From the NCBI GenBank assembly GCA_004022145.1, contig RCNU01000021.1: DNA of 64,000 nucleotides. The stretch is one strand, 5' to 3'. The notes below the pieces were generated by a model, which searched no databases, had not been told where the DNA came from, and worked only from the letters and a program-made list of their open reading frames with translations. The position numbers were made by a program, and so were the translations under genes. Shown here piece by piece: positions 1-13,108 of the stretch. Source of the stretch: Paecilomyces variotii. Taxonomy: Eukaryota. Each line of letters opens with the position of its first letter. Position 1 is the first letter of the stretch.

Positions 1-140
1 CCGACAGAATCCAGCTGTCAAATGCTAAGCTGCTCTTAGTAGTAAGTAGCTCACAAAGTTTTCTGATTCTTGAGCCCCCGGACGGATTTTTCTTCCACCG
101 TCCTCTTCTCATTTGAGCTAATTCTATAGAAATACGAACA

Positions 141-1272
141 ATGGCGGCAACAACGACGATTGAGGTCCCGCATTTAGGCGGCATCAGAGTTGGCTATGCC
201 CTCTCTGGAGATCGCTACGATGACTCGAAGCCCACTGTCGTTCTAATCAATTCGATGTGTACGACAGTCTCTCTGTATCGTGAGCAGTTCAGCGACACTA
301 AACTCACGGATGTCGTGAACCTGCTTGCCATTGAGCCTCTGGGTCATGGCGCCACGAGTACAAAGGCAGAGCACTGGACGTACTGGGATACGGCAACCAT
401 GGCCCTGCAGGTCATGGATAAGTTGGGGATTCAGAAGGCATTTGCTCTAGGAACCAGCCAGGGAGGATGGATTGTTGTCCGCATGGCTATGCTGGCGCCG
501 GAACGGGTATGTTCCAGTCCTCTTCTGTGGCAGGGGCAAACAGAATGTCGCTGGCAGAATTCGAAGAAAATTGTAGCAGTAAATTGTCCTATGGCTGACA
601 CAAAAATCTCCTGTTTGGTCAAATAGATACTCGGTGTCATTCCCCTCGGCACATCTATGGACAGTGAATCGGCCGACTCGCGCACGAAGAACTGCTGGGA
701 TCCTTTCCCCATCATCAAGCCTTTTTATGAGAAGTGGTCCAGCGCTACCGAAACTCCAGACTTCGTGATCGATGACGTCTGGTGTGGACTGGTTGCGACC
801 CTCGGTTTTGGCAACGGTGTGTCACCGGAGACGGTCGAGTTTTGGAAATCCACCGTGAGAGACGTTTATCGGGGCGATGAGGGCAGAAGGAAGGCCCGCA
901 TGGCATGTATCTGTCTCCTAGAGCGTGACGGCTTGCTCTTGAGATTGCCGGATGTCAAGTGCCCCGTGTACTGGTTGCAAGTAAGTAGCATACTGGGTTC
1001 CGCGCGGGGATTGCACCCCTGTAGTCTATGAATCTCCCCTGCCACATCCTTGTTTACGACCCGTCCTTCAATGCAGGCTACTAATGATGTGAAAACAGGG
1101 AACCGAAGATGTGCCTTATGGCCAGGTCGTTCCCGCCGAACAAATTAAAATGTTCACCGCGTCAAAGGAAGCAAAGCTCGTCCCTGTCCAGGGTGGTGCT
1201 CACTATCTGAATGCGACTAGCCCGACTGAAATCGCAGATGCTATTCTGGAGATGGTTCGCAAGCATCAATAG
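141..1272 (+). CDS. Alpha/beta-hydrolase fold protein (enol-lactonase/esterase-like); exons 141-506, 627-980, 1099-1272
   Basis: Nucleophile elbow GTSQGG, acid residue in GTEDVPY and His in GGAHYL. Two GT-AG introns (gtatgt..aaatag, gtaagt..aaacag) join the ORF fragments in frame to TAG at 1270-1272. Confidence 0.85.
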
Positions 1273-2325
1273 AAGGATCGATCAGTTAGAGATACACAAT
1301 CATGTTGCTCGTGTCAATGCATATTATCACAAGTCTGCTGATTATGCTTGACGAACAACGCAACTGCTAATTCATGCGTCCCTGCCACCTCTAAAATTCC
1401 GCTCAACTTCCGGGTTAGGAATAGCGAGTCTCATAGATGTAGTTAGATAGCTTTCTGGAGCTTGGATATTCCACGCAATCAAACAGCTTATCGAAGAGCT
1501 CCAAATACCATGTTTATCAATGAGCTGGGAGGATACTGGTCTGATGATAGAATATCCTCATGACCATATGCCAACTAACCGTGACTAACCGATCGTGAGG
1601 GGAAGGGACCAGAGTACATATGAGCGGCCTGCTTCTTCTAAGCGACATATACCTGAAACTTCAAGGTCTTCCTATTCGACAGCCATATAAACCAGTTATA
1701 AGCCGAAGAGAGTAACCAGAATTCTGATTCTGAGCAAAGGTTCTAAAGACTACTGACAGCCTGAGTCATACATATTATAGATACGAGAGGTCTACGGGGA
1801 ACTTGAATTGATATACAAGCATCCATTGAGATTTTGTAGTAGGACTTTAGTTATTGTCAAACATTCCGAGGCGAACAAATGCGAAACTTGAGAAATAGTG
1901 ATCACCAAATCTCTATAATATACTACAGAACAGATGTAACTCACATAACCCAATCAGCACCAGGTCGACTAAGTCATAAGCTTAGTTGATTTATTGCCAG
2001 TCTAGATAATGCCAAAGACAGTATGTGTCCTGACATTACCAAGTAGCTTATAGCGAACATTAATTTTATATTCTCCATTCCTATCATACAAAAAAGCGAC
2101 ACATGAGTAAATTTTATGTTGGCAGGCCTCGAGGCTTGCGGTTCAACATTTCTCTGTGAAAATGAGTAGATAGGGAGTATCTCACGAAACTATGCGCATT
2201 TATTTGTATTTCTCAGTGTTGAGACTGAGAAGAATGGACGTGATATGGCAAGGAATGAATGGTGGCCAGCACCTTAGAGAGTATAGTATAACTCGTGACA
2301 TATAAATATGATGAAAGCGGGATGA

Positions 2326-4230
2326 TCATAGCTTGTTAAGTGCTGGGCTCCGAGCAACCTAAACGATGGTCAGAATCAGTATGGACATTAAATTGTGGAA
2401 GGCACGAGCACCAAGAATACATACCATGCTTCTGAATCTCTTTCCAAAAATGTACATGGGAACGGTAGTCAAACTTATCACCAAGTTTACAATCCCAATT
2501 GTAAGGAATACCACGAGCGGGCCACTAGCAGTGTACCATCCATTGGCGAAGAGACTGGCAAAGAATGTGAAAACAGCCTTCATAAAGTTGATGGTGACAA
2601 AGGCTTGGTTCGCGTCTCGTGGATGGCAGTCAATCACATAAGCAAAGCTGGCGGTACTAGCGAACCCAACCGACGCCGAATGCAAACTCATGAAAACAAT
2701 GGCAATAGCAAGAGGCGCTCCTTGAGATACGCTGACGCCAAATCCAATGAATCCTACCGTGGAGAAGATCGTAGCAGGAATCATCAGTGTCAAACGGAAT
2801 TCAGGCTCGTAGATACCATTGTTGCGCCGCGCCATGAACCGGGAGATCCTGTCAGCGACAAATCCAGAGAGAGGATTGGCGATGAGAGCCACAATGAGCA
2901 GTGGAATATTGGTGAGACCAATTTGAGCTGGGTTAAGGTTATAGGGAGGGGAGCTAAAGACGTTGACAGAGAGGACGCCGAAAGTGACCAGCCATGTCAT
3001 AAATGAGCCGTAGACAAGAGTACTGAATATAACGGCAGGGAAAGCAACGAGAGGCAGGGGTTTAATGACCAATCTCCAGAAGCTCTCGTCCGACAATCGT
3101 CCGTTGAAGACTCGCAGCTGACTAGTGAATGGTCGCGGTGGTTCATTCAATTCGAACTTGTTGATGCTTTCGGTGTCTTTCTCGTAATCGTCTAGCTTCT
3201 TTCCTTTGATATAAACAGTCTCAGGGACAAGGAAAAAGATTGCCGGCACTAGGAAGACAAATATTATAGCAGTGACACCGAATGTGGCAAGGAAGCCCAG
3301 ACTCTCAATTATGTAACCGGAGATAACTTGCCTGTTGTAAAATGAGCGAACGTGAATAAGGACGATGGATGGTGACTTACCCAAGAAGGACGCCAGATGC
3401 AATCATTACTCCCCAGATGGCAATCTTCTGACCCCTTTCATGGACAAAGAAGATATCTGAGACGGTCGAGGTTACCAGAGTTTCCAAAGGAGCGGAGGCC
3501 AATCCTTGCACGATTCTCATGACGACGAGGGAGACGAAGTTCTGACAGAGCATTGAGCATTCCAAGCATGAGACCTGCTGTATCTGGAACTTACCATGGA
3601 AAAGAAACCCCAAACATTGGTTATCAACAACGCAAATGCTGAAATCACAAACACTGGCCGCTTTCCCCAAACCGTGGCAGAGGCTGCGGTAAAGAACGTT
3701 GCACTTCCAGTTACAAGCAAGAAGAGTCCAATAAGCAAGGATGAGATCTGATCCAAAGAAACGTTATACATTTGAGAAGCTACTTCCAACCCAGGCGAGA
3801 TCATCGGGCCGAGTCTGTTCTATATCAGTGTCGGAACTCGGATCATCCTTGGGATGCCGGGACGTACGATGTTGTAACTCCAGAAGTCAAGGCCAGTGTT
3901 ATCATTATCACATTCTTCTTGATGAAAGACCTGATCCAAAATGTAAGCACAGGCGATTACCAGTTTAGGAGCTTCTGATTACCAATTGTAGGGGTCGTTC
4001 GGACTGTCGCTCGGTTGGGGAACCAATACAACTCCGTCTTTCGTCTTAAGTATGGCATCTTCAAAGCTTTGCGCTGCAAAGTCATTGTCAGTATCCGTTA
4101 ATAGTGATACGCAACCTTTCCTTTCTTTTCCTTTTTTCTGGGAACACATACTTGATTCGGGCTCTCTGTCCAACAGAGTGGTCCCGGGAACTTCAGCAAG
4201 CTTAGTATCTTCCAGGATACCCCACGCCAT
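2326..4230 (-). CDS. MFS transporter (DHA1/HOL1-like), multi-exon
   Basis: Motifs PQPSDSPNDPYNW, WGKRPVF, SDIFFVHERG and NGIYEPEFRL, with many hydrophobic helices. Starts MAWGILED at 4230; last exon reads VARSPALNKL-stop after intron 2424-2359. Confidence 0.85.
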
Positions 4231-6008
4231 ATTCACAGTTAATATTGCGAGGTTATTTTGCTTCTTTATGGAAATGGAAACGAGAGTAAAACAAAATAAG
4301 AAGAAAAAGCAGAGATATTAATAAGGAAATAATCAGAACTAGAACAGTAAGGGAGAAAAGAATAGGACTGCCCAACACCGTCCTGCGATGCTGTCAGGAA
4401 GAACAGAACTGAAGTCAAGAGAATGGATACCAGTCGAAGCATTGGAAAGATGGAAAAAGTAGCACATAGATATTGTTATACCGCAGTAACGCTAATTCAC
4501 TCTTTGCCACAGATCAGACCTTAAACACAGCCCATTACTAAAGCATGCGTAGCAGAAAACTGGGTACCTTATTGAATCCTTGCAAAGGGGGCGGACCCAA
4601 TGTGGTCACCACAGCGCAGGAATCGTGGCATCATAAAACATTTCCCATAGCGCCCGGGGTCACTTCAAGCTCCACATCGAATATCCACCATTTTTCTACG
4701 GTAGATGTTGGTGGTGTTGCTCAGATTCTGAGAGCTGGATAAGTAGGGCAAGTCTCAGGTGAAACTGGCGTATCCAGATGGAGACGAGATCATGCTAGAC
4801 GATATCTCAAGAGATCATAGGATGGGCGATCATCTGTTTCCAAATGTATCGGCTGCAGTTACTGCCAATGTTGGGAGCGGAAGATACCCGAATTCTCGAC
4901 TAGATGGGTTCAGTCACTTGTAAGCATTGCTTTGGAGTGTCTCGATAGTTCATATCGATCACTGGCGCACACATGCATATCGTCTCGTCCAAGTCGAGTG
5001 GAAAACCGAATATCCGTGAAACAAGATACCTGGCAGAGAAATGATAAAATCATCTTCTTGAAGCCGGATACATTCTGGCAGCCCGTCAGCATCGAAGCAA
5101 CCGATAGTCACTGACACGCGAGGAGTGTCGATACAATAAGATCGAGACAGAAGCAGCCCGGGGCGTGGTGGATCCTGTCGATCACTCTTAGAACGTGCGA
5201 GCGTTCTTAGCTTCATTGTGTCTCTGTTGGTCACATCTGGAACAGCGGACCGCATTAGGTCGTCGATCTTCCTTAGAACAGCGATCACCCTGGGAATTAG
5301 TTCCTGGTCCGTATCAGGAAGTTAATTTATCGTCTTCCCAAGGTGGACTTAAAACTGCTACTCCCTTGGCAATGATGTTTCCCTTTCTAGAAGTGGTATG
5401 TATCGACGTTTTCTTACTCGCAGTTCGAAATCCATCTTGACTTCTTTGATCCGCTTAGAAATGCTACTAAGCGGAATCATTCCGGGGTTGCTAGAAATAG
5501 CATTATCAGCGTGCCCGGAGTAGAATTTATCCTCTATCTATCTATATTTACAGACATACGGCACTATGAATGATTAGCTCTCCAGTCTAATCGGCTCCAC
5601 TTTTTCTGATCTTGTCTCTCGTCGTCCGGGCGAGACTGATGTGGAGGTGTTGAAGAGCGCAAACAATGCTCGAAAGGCTTGCAAAGAAGTGGTGTTAGCG
5701 AGACGCACAGACAACAGGTTTCCCAGACTGGTTGCCATAACGGTCAAGGCCGCCGAATCGGGAGACCATAGCAGCCCCCGTAAGGAAGGCTCATATAGTT
5801 ACATCTTACTTGGTTAATTGTGTTCTCCGTTGAGTAATTCAGGAAAATAAAGGTCCAGACTTTTGGGCGACTTAGTTATGCGGAACTGTGGTAACCTATG
5901 GCTGTCTCTTTTGAAGCAGCGTACGGCGTATCTCAGAAGCTAGATAGACTATGGCGTAATGTGGAATACGACTACTGCTGCAGATCCTATTCAATGCTAT
6001 ATTCTGTA

Positions 6009-6599
6009 TCCGTGACTAGCTCACCCACGCCCTTCCGGTCGTGGGTGAGCCCTCCCGTATCTTCAATTCCTACCATACCTTCAAAAAAAATTTTAGGTAC
6101 CTTTTATATGGGAACACCATACAAAAGGTACATAAGGCCAAAAACACAATATTTCCAAATATCTCAACATTTTATTAGAGGACACCTTTATTTTAACTGA
6201 TAATATTAAAATATTATTATTAAATAATTTATATTTAAATTTTTTAAAAGCTCTCATTAAAAATGAGAGATATATTGGTATTTAAAGATTTCTCACTAAA
6301 AATTTTTTATATGGGGAAAATAAAAAAGCAAACGCTTACTTTAATAATTGAGATTTTAATTTCAAATTAAAGCTGTAGGTTATTATATCATATTATTTTA
6401 GTATTATTAATTAAAATAAAGGTATTCTCTACTAAAATGTTGAGATAATTGGATATATCATGTTTTTGGCCTTATGTACCTTTTGTATGGGAACACTATA
6501 CAAAAGGTACCTAAAAAATTTTTGGAAGGTATGGTAGGAATTGAAGATACGGGAGGGCTCACCCACGACGGCAGGAGTGGGTGAGCTAACAGTCACGGA
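6009..6599. mobile_element. Non-autonomous Tc1/mariner-superfamily element (MITE/fold-back) with ~210-bp imperfect TIRs
   Basis: Begins TCCGTGACT and ends AGTCACGGA, with TA on both sides (6007-6008, 6600-6601). About 6009-6220 is the inverted copy of about 6390-6599. The core is AT-rich and has no transposase. Confidence 0.9.
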
Positions 6600-7302
6600 T
6601 ATTAGGCGATCCATGTTCGATAGGCCCTTCTGACATGCATTTGTAAAAGCAATATTCCGTATGTAGCTATGTTTTGGTCCTCTATTGGTCTGGCGTCCCG
6701 AATACGTGCTTCATGAACACGCAGATAGTAGATCTTATCAAGCCTGAACTCTATATACTATTGTCCAGTTACAAGGAGTTTTTGATTCTCTTGCACGATG
6801 TGTGAAATAGCTCAGCTTCCGGGATCCGAGCTGACGAACTGCACGGTTGGCCTCCACTTTGAGTCTGGAGTCAGGACACCCGTTCGTCAGAGCGGGCGCC
6901 GTCGTATATCTTCGAACTGCTCCGGGGCTCATTAGAAGAAGAAAAATTAGGGGGCCTGACATGAAACACGGCGCCAAGAGCGTGACAGCTGGCTAGGGTT
7001 TTGCTCATTCACGATTTCACACAAGCCTCGTCAGTCAACTCTGTCAGGTGGGAGAATTAGAATCTGCCAAGTCTCACAAGCCCTAAGGCATATAATTTTT
7101 GCTTCAGGTAGATAGTTAACTGACAGGGTTTCGTAGGATCACTCCGGCTGGTCATGTCCCGAAGTTGGGGACTCGTAAGACACCTAGTACGACCAAGAGT
7201 CCCAATGAGATAACGGGGGTGCCATACGGAGTATATTGCGCAATACTTCATATTATGTTCCGTGCCTGATCACCATCACTGTTGTCTGTAGTATCGTTGG
7301 CA

Positions 7303-8858
7303 CTAAAGAGTTACAATCTCGTCCTCTACCGGAAGGGCACCCTGTGCCTGTAATTCAAGAGCGACATCGTCCACTTCTTTCCATACTCTGAGTAAATTTC
7401 CTCCTGCAATTTTCACCGCATCCTCGTCACTGACGCCCCGCCTCAATAACTCAGCGATAAGTTTGGGGAACTTGGATACATCTTCCAATCCTGTAGGGGT
7501 CGTGAGGATACCATCAAAATCGCTGCCCAGCCCGACATAGTCATATCCAACCAGTTCTCCGATATAAATGATGTGATCAGCAACGTGTTCCAGTGTCGCG
7601 TTTGCGGGAAAGAGATCTGGGAGACCATCCGATCGGTCCGCAGGAACACAAGATACGAAATCGGGGGAAAAGTTGACCATGACGATCGAGTTCCTCTTTT
7701 TAACAAGCTGTAGGACGTCGTCTGGCACATTTCTAGGATGTGGGCAGACACCATAGGCGGAGCTATGACTAAAGATCACAGGGGCTTTGCTTCCTTCCCA
7801 GTCGTCCTTCCCAGCTCCCAGGACATCCCGCATCGTTTCAGAGCTCACATGAGAAATGTCCACGATCATCCCCAGACGGTTCATTTCGAACACGAGGCTC
7901 TTCCCTTCGTCACTAATTCCATGCCATAGCGGTTGTGCTTTCTTCAGGGTGCCTTCCGCTGTCTCTTGCAGGGCCGCATCTGCAAATCGGTTATGGCAGT
8001 TGTGAGTTAAAGTTGCGTACGAGACTCCCATATCGTAGAATCTCCGCAAGTGTGCTAGAGAGTTGCCAATGGAGTGGAGTCCTTCGATTCCAAGTGGAGA
8101 GATGATCTTTCCCTCACGAAAAGCCTGGATAGCAGTCGTACCATTAGGAGGAGCAGAAAATACATGCGGATACGCTTGTTGGACCCGCGACATAATGTCC
8201 ACCTGCTGTATGGTCATTCGAACGCCTTCCAATGTCAGTATTACTCTAACGCTTGCCGGCCATGCCACAAGATGGGCGCAGCCTCTGATCCGATAAAGAG
8301 CCAGGATAATCTATAAACATCTCGCAAGAAAAATATTAAGACTTAAAGAGGTATGTGGACATACTCTGTGCATAGTTCTCGTCGGAAAAGTCCATGCCAT
8401 CTTCCGGGCATGGGACAAAGACGCTCCAGAATGTACCGCCCACTTTGCCCTCGAAGAGTCTAGGCAAGTCAACGTGGCCACTTAAATTGCCATGCGTGAA
8501 AGATTCCGTGAAGTTCTTGTCATATATATGATTGCCGTAGAGCATGCGGATAAGAAACGGAAGATCATTGTGCCCATCTTATGATGAAAGTCAGCTGCTT
8601 TCATTCTCGTATGTCCAGATAGTGATCGGTACCTATCAGAGGACTTCTCGAGAGAATCCTGTCTACTCTCTCCTCGATCGTTAACCTTCGAGCTTCGTTA
8701 TCCCCTCTAACGTCGCAGATGCGTAGAGCGAAGAGAGTGACTAGGGGAATCAGGAGGGCAAACGAAGTGATGAGCTTCGCCAGTCGTCGGGAGACTTGCT
8801 GTCTTGGAGCTCCTTGAAGCTTCTTCTCAGCGCCCAACAGAGCACGCGTTTCCTCCAT
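7303..8858 (-). CDS. Membrane dipeptidase (peptidase M19, renal dipeptidase family); exons 8858-8633, 8577-8365, 8225-7303
   Basis: Spliced IDGHNDLP, GHVDLPRL, LGIEGLH, TLTHNCHN, DISHVS, SHS..HPRNVPD and GLGSDFDG motifs; N-terminal hydrophobic signal anchor. Confidence 0.9.
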
Positions 8859-9380
8859 CCTGGTTCTGGGTAGCGGATGCGAGTAATCGACTCCACGATA
8901 CCCGGGTATTCAAGTCTGCTGCGAAAGGTGCAATGGATGGAAAGAAGATTATCAATGGGAGCCAACAGACGAGACAACGGCATGTCTCTTATCGCCGACT
9001 GGGGCAGATTACTTAGCTAGCGCTGCCTCCGAACGACGCAATGCGCAGCCACTTCAGTTCTTATAAAGATACGTGCATATTCCTAACTGAGACTACCTAG
9101 AGAGCAGTGTATGATAACTAGTCTCTGCTGAATCATATTAATAATAATTGCACCCCCCGCGGACACCAAAACATCGGCCATCTGGCCCGCGGTACCAGAA
9201 GCCTTCGCACTCCACATTTGATCCGCGCCATTTTCAGCCACACACGGTGATCACGAAACCGACCAGACTTTCACCATCGCTTTTTCTTCTCTCAGTCGCC
9301 CTGCGCAGATACTCTGATGGCTGCATTATCACTGCTGTGAAATCCACTTCAAGCGGGCGGACATCCTCAGCGTGCCTAAA

Positions 9381-11803
9381 ATGACCTCGAGTCCACCAGA
9401 AGCCGCCGCTGCGGTGGCAGGTGAGTGTGAATCGCACAGCTTCCCCGTTCCGTATAGCTGATGATCCTCATCCTAACAGGCTTACTGGAGTTGTGGCACT
9501 CGTACCGGCTCGTAATTCTCGTCGCCATCACCGCGGTTGGGACTGTTACCTACATATATCGTACGGCCTATCGCCGGTCGAAAACTTCCCTGTCTTTGTC
9601 GACCCCGCCATCACCCCTCGTTCCGTCAGAAAAGATTCCATGGACAAGAGATAGTAAGGTGGTAGAAGCTCGCGCGGACAGTGAATTCGCCAAATTGCCA
9701 TCGAAGGTCGACTTGAAACAGAACAAACCTACCTCTGGTCCGAAGATAGTGCAAGGGAAAAAGCAAGTCAAGGCCCGAGGCGCGCAACGAAGCCCCGAGC
9801 AATCCGAGTCGCCGTTCTTCATACAACCCGTGATCTTCTTCTCGTCTCTTACCGGAAATACTGAGAGATTCGCGCATACTGTGTTGGAGAATTTGCGATC
9901 CGCAGCTCAGGCCTATTCCAAGACCGATCGTGGCCGTGGACTGCTTCCGCCTCAGATGCATGACCTGTCTTACATCGACTTCGACGATCATTTCACTGCC
10001 GCACCCAAGCCGCCATCGAGCTCTCCGAACACTCAATATTTCTACTGCCTTCTCATTCCTACCTATAACATCGATACCATCATCAATACTTTCCTGGGTC
10101 ATCTGGAGGAAACGCACCATGACTTCAGGATAGACACAGCACCCCTAGCTCCTCTTACAGGATACTCTGTCTTTGGGTTCGGAGATCGAGAAGGATGGCC
10201 CACCGAAGAGGAGGGCTTCTGTTCGCAAGCCAAAGAGTTGGACCGATGGATGGCAAAGCTGACCGGCGGAAAGAGAGCTTATCCTCTAGGCCTTGGCGAT
10301 ACGAAGAGCGATGCTTCGTCCTCTTTGGCAGAGTGGTCCAGCGGAGTGAAAGAGATCTTATACGATATTCTAGCAAACGGTGGCTTGGGCGACGGGGTGG
10401 CTGGTAGTGGAGATGCGTTCGAGAGCGATGAAGAAGACCTTGAGAACACGCCTGGTGAAAGCAACACCAGAAAGCCTCGTAAGGCTGCTGCTTCTGGGTC
10501 GGTCTTGGATCTTGAAGATATCAAATTTAATGTTGAGAGCCAAAATCCGGGTGCAGGTTCGGCGCCGCTTCCTGTGGACTTTACAACGTTTGGAAAAGAA
10601 GCTTCGAATCCCATCACCCAACCGGCGGCGAAAGAAATGGTGCCCAAAAAGTCTCCCACGTATACTGCTCTCACTAAGCAGGGCTACACTATTGTCGGCT
10701 CACATTCAGGTGTGAAAATTTGCCGCTGGACCAAGTCCGCTCTTCGCGGTCGCGGGTCTTGCTACAAATACTCGTTTTACGGGATCAAGTCGCATTTGTG
10801 CATGGAGACTACGCCGTCTCTTTCCTGTAGTAACAAATGTGTCTTCTGCTGGCGACACGGTACGAATCCCGTCGGCACTACCTGGCGTTGGAAGGTGGAT
10901 CCCCCGGAGCTTATCTTCCAGGGAGTCAAGGAAGGTCATTACAAGAAGATCAAGATGATGCGAGGAGTCCCAGGTGTCCGTGCCGAACGGTTTGCTGAAG
11001 CAATGCGCATCAGACATTGCGCACTGAGCTTGGTAGGAGAGCCGATCTTCTATCCCCACATTAACGAGTTCCTCTCCATGTTGCATGGAGAAAAGATTTC
11101 AAGCTTTTTGGTTTGCAACGCTCAGCATCCAGACGAGCTCGCGGCCCTTGACAGGGTAACGCAATTATATGTCTCCATAGATGCCAGTAACAGGGAAAGT
11201 CTCCGCAAGATTGATCGACCCCTTCACCGTGATTTCTGGGAGCGTTTCCAGCGCTGCCTCGACATCCTAAGAGAAAAAAGGCATGTGCAGCGCACCGTCT
11301 TTCGACTGACTCTGGTCAAAGGCTTTAACGTGGATGATGAGATCACCGGATACGCAAACCTTGTCGAGAAAGGGCTGCCATGTTTTGTTGAAATCAAGGG
11401 CGTCACTTACTGCGGCACAAGCTCAAGTGCTGGTGCTGGTCTAACCATGAAGAATGTCCCCTTCTACGAAGAGGTCGCCGAATTTGTGGTTGCACTCAAC
11501 AACGAGCTCCAAAGGCGCGGTCTCAAATATGGAATCGCAGCCGAACATGCTCACAGTTGCTGCGTTTTGCTTGCATCGGAACGATTCTTTATTGGCGGAA
11601 AGTGGCATACTAGGATCGATTACGATCGCTTCTTTGAGCTCCTTGAAAAGGAAAAAAGAGACGGAACGTCCTTCATGCCTGAAGATTACACCAGAGAGAC
11701 TGAAGAATGGGCGCTTTGGGGAAATGGGGGCTTCGATCCAAATGATGAAAGAGTCTACAGGAAAGGGCGCAACAAGACAGCTCTTCCCCCAGCCGCTTCC
11801 TAG
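9381..11803 (+). CDS. TYW1: tRNA wybutosine-synthesizing protein 1 (flavodoxin + radical SAM); exons 9381-9420, 9480-11803
   Basis: Flavodoxin SSLTGNTERFA, radical SAM CSNKCVFC, GSHSGVKICRW and CYKYSFYGI motifs. Intron gtgagt..ctaacag (9421-9479) gives an in-frame ATG at 9381. Confidence 0.93.
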
Positions 11804-12545
11804 GTGGAAATATATCATATACACACTTCCGGTTCGCGGTGGTGGCTGGTGACCTCACTGTGGCTTTTACATTGGTCTTTAGTCCTTGCTCCATCCATAT
11901 TATATGGCATGGTTAAGGAATTCCGTGACCAATATGACTATATATTATGGCTCCACGAAGGCCATTTTCGTTGCATGTATTAGCAAGCTGTGCCTTTCTA
12001 CAAATCCATAACTTACCTTGGTCTAGCTACTGATATATATATCTACCTACATACTTTTGTGACCGATAGAGACTCCGGATATGGGGATACTCCAAACCGT
12101 CTACAGTAGATTTGAGTTCAAATATAACTCTCGCTTCTTCACCTCTTACGGGTGGAATCAAACTCAATATATTTCTCGGGACCTTTGTCCGCCAAAACCA
12201 CATCGCCGGACTCCCTTATAAGTTGTCGTCCCCATTGCGTCACAAGCTAGGATTCGAAGCCAATTTTAGAAGTACGTACTCGCGGGCTTTTCATTCTTGC
12301 CTCATTTTATTACGTCCTATCTACGATGTCTTCGTCTTATATTCCCATTAGCTATCGGAAAACAGTACCAGTGGCGGGAGAAATATACGCCACGAGAGAG
12401 AAGAGACCGTTGGAGTTAGTGAGACTCCGTTAAATTTGGGAAACTACACTGACAACTAAATTACTAACATTTTGTTACTGGAGAATCTATAATCGATACT
12501 CCTCGCTTGATCCTCCCTTCAGAGACAGCTCGAATACCCATCAAT

Positions 12546-13108
12546 ATGGAATCAAAGAGCACAACCGAAATCCGCGCAGACCTCCACGAAAGAGCTAAGC
12601 GAGGACAGGCTCTGAATGACGACGAAAGAGAGGCAGTAATCAAGGCCGAAGCATCTCTTGGAGGGGAAGAGATAGGGAGAGGGTTTGCTGACGAAGCTCC
12701 AGCACGTACGTGTGTCATATTACATCTCTTGAGGTTTCTACTGATATCAGCAAGCGGCTCCCTCCCAAGAGGTCAATCCTCATCAGTGTGCGTGGGCTTC
12801 AAAAGCAGACGATGTGCTCAGCCAGCGACTCGATCGGGTCACGAAGGATGATGCAAGAGATCTGCAGTCGAAAGAGGTAAGTGTCAGATCAGTTTCAACA
12901 TGGTGGTTCTTTGTTTAGTCACGCTACATCCCTCCCTCGAAAAAATCGAGACTATACTGTGATGATAAATCAGTAACACATCCTATTCTAGACTCGGGCT
13001 TTCGATAAGCTTCCTGCGAAAGCGTCGCTTGCATCAAATGTACAATCTGTTGCGGACCAGAATGAGGATACGAGATTTCCCGAACTCCGGCCTCCTCCTG
13101 GATCGTAG
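12546..13108 (+). CDS. Small hydrophilic SMP/LEA-like (seed-maturation-domain-like) protein; three exons (~12546-12705, ~12755-12876, 12992-13108)
   Basis: Spliced product contains VTKDDARDLQSKE|TRAFDKLPAKASLASNVQSVADQNE, which resembles the SMP repeat. Donors are gtacgt (12706) and gtaagt (12877). The first acceptor is ambiguous (12750 or 12754; only 12754 keeps this frame). Confidence 0.6.

Noticed and set aside
507..626. Possible stwintron in hydrolase intron 1 (g|gtatgt..cag|taaat)
   Set aside because: That two-step splice would shift the frame, there is no good internal branch point, and a single intron already keeps the frame.
2326..2340. MFS C-terminus NKL as a PTS1 signal
   Set aside because: PTS1 import applies to matrix proteins, not polytopic membrane transporters.
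4545..5820. Several 60-110 aa ORFs upstream of the MFS gene
   Set aside because: No motifs, codon bias or consistent splice structure recognised.
141..8858. Hydrolase + MFS + dipeptidase as a GliJ-type secondary-metabolite cluster
   Set aside because: No backbone enzyme in the window, and the dipeptidase has a signal anchor typical of the general membrane type.
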